This document shows, one piece after another, positions 1 to 6,199 of a stretch of 15,517 nt of DNA. Made by a program: the position numbers and the translations under genes. The stretch is from the NCBI GenBank assembly GCA_963977445.1, contig CAXBPH010000163.1, forward strand, positions 1 through 15,517. The letters run 5' to 3'. The number at the start of each line of letters is the position of its first letter. Positions within the stretch are counted from its first letter, which is position 1. Source of the stretch: an uncultured bacterium. Lineage in GTDB: Bacteria; Hydrogenedentota; Hydrogenedentia; Hydrogenedentales; JAEUWI01. A model generated the notes under the pieces. It was given only the letters and a program-made list of their open reading frames with translations. It did no database searches and was not told where the DNA came from.

Positions 1-81
1 CCGAAGCAAGAGCATCGGCATGACCCTAAACGGATACACTTAAGAAACACGATCTGGTGTCCAAGCAATGGGGTCCACCTC
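1..81 (+). mobile_element. Possible right end (terminal inverted repeat region) of an IS3-family insertion sequence; transposase would lie left of the window
   Basis: CACTTAAGAAACACGATCTGGTGTCCAAGCAATGGGGTCCACCTC (37-81) resembles from memory the TGTCCAA...GGGGTCCACCTC right ends of IS3-family elements. No transposase or left end is visible, so this is pattern recall only. Confidence 0.35.
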
Positions 82-122
82 TCTTGAATTTCTGACAGGT
101 CCGCGGTTTACTCCTTTCCACC

Positions 123-214
123 GTTCCGCATTCTGAAACGACGCCATGTCATGATTCTCCAAGCAGGGTTTGCCTGCTGCCTACACGCAATGAGCTATTG
201 AATTGGCGAATCAG
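123..214 (+). repeat. Copy 1 of a ~92-95 bp duplicated upstream/leader element
   Basis: GTTCCG..TTCTGAAACGAC.CCATGTCATGATTCT...GCCTACA.G.AATGAG.TAT.GAATTGG.GAATCAG aligns to 575-669 with 79 identities over 95 columns (13 substitutions, one 3-nt indel; hand alignment). Confidence 0.95.
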
Positions 215-266
215 ATGCCACCATCCAAGTTCACTATCGAGATAATTAGAAAGGTCAATACATACG

Positions 267-506
267 ATGAGCAACAATAACTCAACGGTTGGGAATGGTA
301 AGTCATGCGCTGGGCAAGCAGTAGCATTTTTCGGAATATTTGCCTCGGCTCTGTACTTGGCTAACTTCACATTTGGCGTCATCGAGATTCCAGACAATTT
401 ACCCATTGTCGGGAACGTTGACGAAGTTTTCTTCAGCTTTGTCCTCTTTAGCTGTTTGGAATACCTAGGCTTTCATGTGACTTCTTTTGCCAATCGCATA
501 CCCTAA
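267..506 (+). CDS. Small membrane protein, DUF1232/YkvA-like
   Basis: 79 aa with two hydrophobic segments flanking YLANFTFGVIEIPDNLPIVGNVDE, which matches the Y...IPD.lP.iG.lD[DE] signature of DUF1232. AGAAAGG RBS-like sequence upstream; lower GC than the rest of the window. Confidence 0.75.
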   Translation: MSNNNSTVGNGKSCAGQAVAFFGIFASALYLANFTFGVIEIPDNLPIVGNVDEVFFSFVLFSCLEYLGFHVTSFANRIP

Positions 507-574
507 GGCCGTGGCAACTGTAAATCCGATCACGTAGTATTTTTCGCCAGGCACGAAATCGATTTATCCACAAA

Positions 575-669
575 GTTCCGTTTTCTGAAACGACCCCATG
601 TCATGATTCTTCCAGCATCGGGGTGTTCCTGTTGCCTACAGGTAATGAGTTATCGAATTGGAGAATCAG
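575..669 (+). repeat. Copy 2 of the duplicated leader element; contains the RBS (GGAG) of the PEP-CTERM gene
   Basis: ~83% identical to 123-214; ends TTGGAGAATCAG, 3 nt before ATG 673. Confidence 0.95.
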
Positions 670-672
670 CGC

Positions 673-1530
673 ATGCGAATCACGTCGTTCAAGAGTGTAT
701 CCCTTTTTGCCGTCATGGGGATGTCGATGGCCTTCTTGTCCACCCACGCCGGGGCGACTACCATTGCCCATTGGCGCTTTGAGGAGGGGGTAGCGGGCAG
801 CGGTGCGACCTCGTCGGTGCTCGACAGTTCGGGGAACGGGCTGCACGGCACGCCCCTGGGCGGGCTGACCTACACGGCCAATACGCCTGGTGGCACGTTG
901 CCCCAAACGGGCGATCCCAATGACCTGTCCCTTAACTTTGACGGGGGTGGGGCATCCCGCGTCTTTATTGCAGACAATCCCCTTTTCCAGCTCACTGAGA
1001 GCCTTACGCTGGAAGCCTATGTCAACATGTCTGGACCACCTTCAGGGCGCCTTGCGGAAATTCTTTTTCGCGGTGATTCGCGGCTTGGCCTGGACCCCTA
1101 TTTTCTGGATATTGAAGCGAACACACTTCGCTTTACTGTTCGCGATGAACTGGGTGGGCAAGCTCGGGTAACCGCTACAGCACCCCAGCTAAACCAGTGG
1201 GTTCACATCGCCGCTGTTCTGGACGACAGCACGGGCGCCATGGGCCTCTATCTGGATGGGATTCTGGTGGATTCGATTATAACTAATATTCGGCCCTTCG
1301 CCGTGCTTAATCCGAGTCTGAACCCCGGGCTCTCCATTGGCGGCTACCCGGCCACGGACTATTTTGGTCCCTTTCGTGGGATGATTGACGAGGTCCGTAT
1401 TTCGGACGTGGCGCTGTCGCCGGACCAATTCCTGAATGCCGCGTCCGCCCCGGTGCCGGAGCCCGCGACAGGAGTCGTGCTGTTGATGGGGGTTGTGGGC
1501 ATGGCGCTTCGGAAGCGAATGGTGAATTGA
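673..1530 (+). CDS. Secreted LamG-like jellyroll (concanavalin A-like) domain protein with C-terminal PEP-CTERM sorting signal
   Basis: Signal peptide MRITSFKSVSLFAVMGMSMAFLSTHAGA; LamG motifs IAHWRFEEG, DSSGNGLHG, SLTLEAYV, NQWVHIAAV, LYLDG, FRGMIDEVRISDVALS; C-terminal VPEP + TM helix + RKR. ATG 673 preferred over TTG 658 because GGAG precedes it. Confidence 0.93.
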   Translation: MRITSFKSVSLFAVMGMSMAFLSTHAGATTIAHWRFEEGVAGSGATSSVLDSSGNGLHGTPLGGLTYTANTPGGTLPQTGDPNDLSLNFDGGGASRVFIADNPLFQLTESLTLEAYVNMSGPPSGRLAEILFRGDSRLGLDPYFLDIEANTLRFTVRDELGGQARVTATAPQLNQWVHIAAVLDDSTGAMGLYLDGILVDSIITNIRPFAVLNPSLNPGLSIGGYPATDYFGPFRGMIDEVRISDVALSPDQFLNAASAPVPEPATGVVLLMGVVGMALRKRMVN

Positions 1531-1551
1531 GAATTTAGAATTTTGAATTGA
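1524..1551 (+). repeat. Heptamer tandem repeat GAATT(G/T)(A/T) x4 overlapping the PEP-CTERM stop codon
   Basis: GAATTGA GAATTTA GAATTTT GAATTGA read directly. Confidence 0.85.
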
Positions 1552-1589
1552 AATACGGACGTACGTCGAAATTGACGTGCGTCCGTGTT
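1552..1589 (+). terminator. Strong hairpin downstream of the PEP-CTERM gene (terminator or 3' stabiliser)
   Basis: AATACGGACGTACGTC / GACGTGCGTCCGTGTT: 16-bp stem with 2 G-U pairs and a 6-nt loop; no clear U-tract. Confidence 0.55.
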
Positions 1590-1725
1590 GCAGCGAAGAA
1601 GATGTTTGGGTGCCACGGACGAACATGGTAGCCATTGGTGGGTCTGGTCGTCAGCATAAAATTGTCGGGCAAAAGAAGGCAGACGGGGTCTTGGCTCAGC
1701 GACTCCACGTCATTCGTTGAGCACC

Positions 1726-1761
1726 GCACGGGCAAGCCCTGAGGGCTTGTCCGTGGCACCC
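1726..1761. repeat. REP-like palindrome, copy A (36 bp)
   Basis: GCACGGGCAAGCCCTGAGGGCTTGTCCGTGGCACCC: 13-bp stem (one G-T), TGA loop, GCACCC tail; identical to 2021-2056. Confidence 0.9.
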
Positions 1762-2020
1762 GGAGATCTTCCGCAGGTCAACGGGGTCATCGGCCAGGAT
1801 GAAGATGTATTCATTGCTGTCTTGAATGAAATGGCTATTCATGGAAGGCCCCGCGTGGCTATTCCATGTCGTCGATAGCCATATCCTATCTCTTCGTGGG
1901 CCCTGTCTTAAGGCTTGCCCGTGCTAACACCGGGCTCACAGCATGGGATAAGAACTTTGTTTCCAGTACCCAAACTACATTTTTGTATCACCGCCGGGGT
2001 TGTGGAGACTTCCAGTCCCT

Positions 2021-2056
2021 GCACGGGCAAGCCCTGAGGGCTTGTCCGTGGCACCC
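2021..2056. repeat. REP-like palindrome, copy B (36 bp)
   Basis: Exact direct copy of 1726-1761. Confidence 0.9.
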
Positions 2057-2170
2057 ATACAGAAACTTCGTTCGAATAGAGTTAACTTTTCTGCCCACGA
2101 ACCCTCGCAGCTCGGGAATGCGCGGCACGTATAGTACCTGGTATCGCCTGTCTGTCATTCGTCCGTGCAC

Positions 2171-2204
2171 AAAAAAATGGGAGCAGCCGAGGGGGCTGCT
2201 CCCA
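2171..2204 (-). terminator. Rho-independent terminator of the EF-hand protein gene
   Basis: Minus strand: TGGGAGCAGCC-CCCTC-GGCTGCTCCCA (11-bp perfect stem) followed by T7, 23 nt after the stop at 2228. Confidence 0.9.
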
Positions 2205-2227
2205 ACGCTTATGAACGGGACTCAGGG

Positions 2228-2908
2228 TTAGTCCCGGGGGGGCGGGGGTGGTCCATTGCGGTCGGGACGGGGCTGGCCTTCATTGGGGCCGCGTTCGCCG
2301 CGACGCTCACCCTGTTCTGGCGGACGGTGGTTTTCGTGAAAGGCCTTGAACTCGGCCGCACTGATGCTGCCGTCGCCGTTGCTGTCCATATCCTCAAAGG
2401 CGGGGGGACCGGGGCGATGTCCGGGACCGTCGAATTCACCACGTGGTCCATCGGGACGCTGGGGCGGGCGGTTGCCATCGCGGAAGTCACCTTCGTCGTC
2501 ACGTTCGCGGGGTGGGGGCGGGGGGCGGTGTCCTCGGTCACCCTCGTCACCGCGTCGGGCCTGCCGTTCGGGACCACGGTCCTCATCGCCACGCCGTGGG
2601 GGTGGGCCATAGGAATCGCGCTGGTCGCGGTCACCATAAGCATCACGGGGTGGTGGAGGGGGACCATCGGGGCGTCCATGACCTTCTGGGCCACGGAAAT
2701 CCCGACCTTCGGCGTCTTTTGCTTCCTGATGTAGGGCCTTGTCGCACTGACCTGCAGGCTGATCCTTTGGGCCCATGTCCGGGGCGGGGGGTGCTTCCTC
2801 TGCGGCGACATTGAGGCCAAAGAGCACGGCCGCCGCGAGGAGTGCCGCTGCGGTGAGATACGCTACCGGACTGGATTCAAATCGCTCGGTGATGGGATTA
2901 CGATGCAT
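2228..2908 (-). CDS. Secreted/periplasmic Pro/Arg/Gly/Asp-rich disordered protein with an EF-hand motif
   Basis: Hydrophobic signal-like segment VAYLTAAALLAAAVLFGLNVAA; EF-hand loop FEDMDSNGDGSISAAEFKAF; repeated GPPPPPRD-type motifs; GGAGG RBS upstream; own terminator. Confidence 0.85.
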   Translation of the reverse strand: MHRNPITERFESSPVAYLTAAALLAAAVLFGLNVAAEEAPPAPDMGPKDQPAGQCDKALHQEAKDAEGRDFRGPEGHGRPDGPPPPPRDAYGDRDQRDSYGPPPRRGDEDRGPERQARRGDEGDRGHRPPPPPRERDDEGDFRDGNRPPQRPDGPRGEFDGPGHRPGPPAFEDMDSNGDGSISAAEFKAFHENHRPPEQGERRGERGPNEGQPRPDRNGPPPPPRD

Positions 2909-3024
2909 TGTGCTAACCTCCGACAGGGACTGATGTCTGCGTTGTGCCGACTTACCAGCAGCCCGTGCTGTCTTTCATGTCCTGAGTGTAGCGGAGGAAG
3001 ATAACACGCACTACCGCACTTTTA

Positions 3025-3039
3025 TGACAAAGTTGTAAT
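3025..3039. promoter_or_regulatory. cop box / CusR-CopR-type response regulator binding site
   Basis: TGACA-AAGT-TGTAAT fits the TGACA-N4-TGT(A/C)AT site of CopR/CusR/CzcR-type regulators; it lies between the divergent EF-hand gene and the regulator. Confidence 0.7.
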
Positions 3040-3070
3040 CTTCTACACGAGAGTATGAGGGGAATCCTCA

Positions 3071-3079
3071 TGCTATACT
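3071..3079 (+). promoter_or_regulatory. Extended -10 promoter element (TG-C-TATACT) for the response regulator, probably giving a leaderless mRNA
   Basis: TGCTATACT ends 6 nt before ATG 3086; no Shine-Dalgarno at normal spacing. Confidence 0.6.
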
Positions 3080-3085
3080 GCGACC

Positions 3086-3766
3086 ATGAAAATCCTCGTA
3101 GTAGAAGATGAAAAGCAGATCGCCGATTTCGTAAAGAAAGGCCTCACCGAGCAAGGCTTCCTGGTGGAGCTCTGCGATCATGGCGATGAAGCCATGGAGC
3201 GCATTCTGCACCAGGCCTACGATGCGATTGTGCTTGATATTATGTTGCCCGGCCGCGATGGCCTCAGCATTCTGCGGCAATTTCGCAAGAAGGGCCACAC
3301 CACCCCGGTCATTTTGCTCACGGCGCGCTCCGAACTCGACGAGCGTATCGAAGGGCTCAATACCGGGGCTGATGACTACCTCACCAAGCCCTTCTACGTC
3401 GAAGAACTCATCGCCCGACTCCATGCCGTCATCCGGCGGTCTTCCGACGAGCAGATGAGCCTTTTGCAGGCCGGTGACCTATCGGTCAACGTATTGACCC
3501 GCGAAGTTAAACGGGCCGGTACGCCGGTTAAACTCACTTCCCGCGAGTTTAACCTGTTGGAATATCTAATCCGGAGTCCCGGACGCGTTTTTACCCGGAC
3601 CCAGATATTGGAGCATGTATGGGGCTACGACTTTGACCCCAACACCAATCTGGTCGACGTCCACATCCAACGGCTGCGCAAAAAAGTATCGCCCGATAAA
3701 GACAATCCGGTAATCGAAACCATTCGCGGGGTGGGTTATCGGGTGGTCAAAGATGGTGTGATATGA
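3086..3766 (+). CDS. OmpR/PhoB-family response regulator, CusR/CopR/CzcR-like
   Basis: MKILVVEDE, phospho-acceptor LDIMLPGRDG, LLTAR, GADDYLTKPF; winged-helix motifs LTSREFNLLEYL, VWGYDFDPNTNLVDVHIQRLRKK, IETIRGVGY. Confidence 0.96.
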   Translation: MKILVVEDEKQIADFVKKGLTEQGFLVELCDHGDEAMERILHQAYDAIVLDIMLPGRDGLSILRQFRKKGHTTPVILLTARSELDERIEGLNTGADDYLTKPFYVEELIARLHAVIRRSSDEQMSLLQAGDLSVNVLTREVKRAGTPVKLTSREFNLLEYLIRSPGRVFTRTQILEHVWGYDFDPNTNLVDVHIQRLRKKVSPDKDNPVIETIRGVGYRVVKDGVI

Positions 3767-5190
3767 TTTTTCGGTCCTTCCGCACCCGGATTATGATGCT
3801 TTCAGTCAGCGTATCGGGTTTGGTGCTGTTGGGCTTCGGGTGGTGGGCCTGGCATGTGCTCCATGGCCTGACCGGTGGGCATCGGCTCGATAGTGAGTTG
3901 GCGATTCTGACCCACATGCATCAGTCCGCCCAGGGCCATCGCGCGTGGGAAGATTTTGAATTGGCGCTGGAGGGGGCGACCCGCAACGATGCCAGTCGAC
4001 GATTTTCCTTCGCGGTCGTCGACCGAGAGGGCCACCTGATTTACCAGAGTCATTTTTGGCCCGATGGATTGACCCCGGCCCTACGTGCCCACATCGATGG
4101 GGCCGAAGCGGCGATGGGCTTACGCGTGTATACCGAGATGGACGGTAAGGCTCCGTGGCGGTTGGCGGTCAACCGCAATCCCGAGCATAGCCTTGTCGTG
4201 GCGGCCGACCTGGGGCCCTACCTGGCGCAATTTGACCGTATTCGACTGACGTTCCTGCTGGTGTTTGCCGTGGCGCTCCTGTGTGTCGGGGGCGGTAGCT
4301 GGATCCTCGCGTGGCGGGCTATCCGTCCGTTGGATCGGCTGGTGGAGGCCACGGAGACCATCACCGCCCAAGACCTGGAACGGCGCCTGCCCCAGGGCAT
4401 GGGGGGCCGTGAAATCGACCAGCTTGTCGATGTGTTCAACGAAATGCTGGAACGACTGGAGCGGAGTTTCAATCACGCGACGCGATTCAGCGCCGATGCG
4501 GCCCACGAACTCAAGACACCCCTTACGATCCTGCAAGGCCAATTGGATCAGGCGCTGCAGGAGGCCCCCGCCGGCTCACCGTTGCAACAGAATCTCGGGC
4601 GGCTGCTGGAAGAGGTGCAACGGCTCAAGGTAATCATTCGGCGGCTCCTGCTGCTTTCCCTCGCCGATGCGGGCCGCATCCGGATATCGCCCGCGCCCAT
4701 GCGACTCGACGAACTGGTCGAACAGATTATTGACGACGTGGAAATCCTCGCTCCGGAATTGATAGTGACCCAGGAATTAGAAGCCGACGCCTGGGTCAAC
4801 GCCGATGAAGCCCTGTTGCAGCAGGCGATTCAGAATCTCGTCAATAATGCCATCAAATACAACATTCCCGGTGGCAAGATTCGGTTTCAGCTATTTCGCC
4901 ACGACGGGGCCGTTCGTTGTGCCATTGCCAACACGAGCGAGGGTATTCCCGAAGAAGACCGTCAGCGGGTATTTCATCGCTTCTATCGCGTCGATCCGGC
5001 CCACTCCCGCAAGGTCGATGGCGTGGGTCTCGGGCTCAGTCTGGCCCGGGAAATTATGCGTGCCCACTCGGGTAAGCTCTGGCTTGCCGATGCGCCCGAG
5101 GGCTGGGTCATGTTCGTGCTGGAACTACCCGCCTGGGATGAAAAGGCCGTGGACGTCACCGCGGAGTCATCAGCCGAAATTAAGACGTAA
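3763..5190 (+). CDS. Membrane sensor histidine kinase (2 TM, HAMP, HisKA, HATPase_c), CusS/CzcS-like
   Basis: Overlaps the regulator stop (ATGA); two TM segments; HAMP (EIDQLVDVFNEMLERLE); H-box RFSADAAHELKTPL; N-box NLVNNAIKYN; F-box VFHRFYRVD; G2 box GVGLGLSL. Confidence 0.95.
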   Translation: MIFRSFRTRIMMLSVSVSGLVLLGFGWWAWHVLHGLTGGHRLDSELAILTHMHQSAQGHRAWEDFELALEGATRNDASRRFSFAVVDREGHLIYQSHFWPDGLTPALRAHIDGAEAAMGLRVYTEMDGKAPWRLAVNRNPEHSLVVAADLGPYLAQFDRIRLTFLLVFAVALLCVGGGSWILAWRAIRPLDRLVEATETITAQDLERRLPQGMGGREIDQLVDVFNEMLERLERSFNHATRFSADAAHELKTPLTILQGQLDQALQEAPAGSPLQQNLGRLLEEVQRLKVIIRRLLLLSLADAGRIRISPAPMRLDELVEQIIDDVEILAPELIVTQELEADAWVNADEALLQQAIQNLVNNAIKYNIPGGKIRFQLFRHDGAVRCAIANTSEGIPEEDRQRVFHRFYRVDPAHSRKVDGVGLGLSLAREIMRAHSGKLWLADAPEGWVMFVLELPAWDEKAVDVTAESSAEIKT

Positions 5191-6076
5191 AGGTAAAATG
5201 TTCGGGGTGTGTGGCCATGCCGCCGGCCTGGCCGCAGACGAAGCCCGCAAGCTGATTGGCCCGTTCGTTGATATCTTCCAACGACCAGTGATTCAGGAGC
5301 CCCGTCACCAGGACCGCCGTGAACGAATCACCCGCACCCACCGTGTCGACCACCGTGTCAATCCGGAGTCCGTGATGAACTTCAAGGAGACCGGGGGTCA
5401 GGAGGATACTGCCCCGTGCGCCACGGGTAAGGGCGATGCACTGGAGGGCATACTGGGCCATCAACTTTTCCATGCGTTCTTTGCTCGAGCCCTCAATGCT
5501 CACCAGGGAGGCAATGATGGGCAATTCATCTTCATTCAGTTTGAGCACGTCGGCCCGTTCGAGGAGGGTCTGGACCAGTTCTGCCGAGTAATAGTCCTGC
5601 CGGAGATTTACATCCAGGACCCGCAGGCATCGTGGCATGGTCGCATCCAGAAAACGGCGGATGCTTTCCCGGCTGTGTGGATTGCGTGACGCGAGGGTGC
5701 CAAAACACACGGCATCGGCTTCGGCCGCCAGTTTCTGATAGTCGGGCGAAAACGGAATGAAATCCCACGCCACATTTTCGTGGATTGTATAGTCGGGCTG
5801 TCCACCGTCCGCCAACGTAACGGTTACCGTACCCGTTGGATGGGCGGCGTCTTCGGCCAGGGCGGCAACGGAAAGTCCGTTGATTTGGAGCTGTTCACGC
5901 AATTCTGTGCCCAGGGCATCCTGACCGACGGAACTGACGACGATACCTTCGGCACCGAGGGCGTTGGCGTGGTAGGTAAAATTCGCGGGCGCGCCGCCCA
6001 GCTGTTTACCCTCGGGGAGCATGTCCCACAGCACTTCGCCCAGTCCGATAATTTTAAAGGGGGTATTTTCTGCCAT
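5180..6076 (-). CDS. PfkB-family carbohydrate kinase (fructokinase-like)
   Basis: GLGEVLWD, GGAPANF, VGQDALG, DVNLR, LKLNEDEL, TRGARGS and PfkB signature VDTVGAGDSF. Confidence 0.95.
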   Translation of the reverse strand: MAENTPFKIIGLGEVLWDMLPEGKQLGGAPANFTYHANALGAEGIVVSSVGQDALGTELREQLQINGLSVAALAEDAAHPTGTVTVTLADGGQPDYTIHENVAWDFIPFSPDYQKLAAEADAVCFGTLASRNPHSRESIRRFLDATMPRCLRVLDVNLRQDYYSAELVQTLLERADVLKLNEDELPIIASLVSIEGSSKERMEKLMAQYALQCIALTRGARGSILLTPGLLEVHHGLRIDTVVDTVGAGDSFTAVLVTGLLNHWSLEDINERANQLAGFVCGQAGGMATHPEHFTFTS

Positions 6077-6134
6077 TTGATTGCTTCCTCAGCGTGTAAA
6101 TTGACCAGTGAGCCGTTCTGACAACGCATCACCG

Positions 6135-6169
6135 CGCCTCCCGCTACAGGGTAACTGCAGGGGGAGGCG
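6135..6169 (-). other. Intercistronic stem-loop between the sulfatase and the kinase
   Basis: CGCCTCCC (6135-6142) / GGGAGGCG (6162-6169) plus inner CTACAG/CTGCAG pairing; no U-tract. Confidence 0.5.
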
Positions 6170-6199
6170 AATTTCAAAGCCGAGAGAGAAATCAGGCTA

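Noticed and set aside
519..563. Sigma-54 promoter/PrsR enhancer upstream of the PEP-CTERM gene (TGTAAA...; AGGCACG-AAAT-CGAT)
   Set aside because: The -24 GGCACG is present but the -12 TTGC is missing, and the enhancer-like half-site has no convincing partner.
123..669. Duplicated leader as integron attC sites
   Set aside because: No RYYYAAC/GTTRRRY ends, the repeats sit at gene 5' ends and include the RBS, and no integrase is in the window.
149..906. Minus-strand ORFs 149-406 and 601-906 with similar C-termini (QFNSSL..GES / QFDNSL..EES)
   Set aside because: The similarity derives only from the duplicated leader, and both are antisense to better-supported genes.
1726..2056. Two identical 36-bp palindromic repeats as a CRISPR array
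   Set aside because: Only two copies, separated by 259 bp rather than a 30-40 bp spacer, with inverted half-copies nearby and no cas genes. Fits REP elements better.
1866..2231. 121-aa ORF through the REP region
   Set aside because: It runs through a REP palindrome and a terminator, with no RBS or domain signature; no HUH/RAYT motifs.
2165..2820. Overlapping ORFs 2165-2734 (+), 2209-2820 (-), 2346-2612 (+) and 2443-2814 (+)
   Set aside because: Shadow frames of the GC-rich low-complexity EF-hand gene; no motifs.
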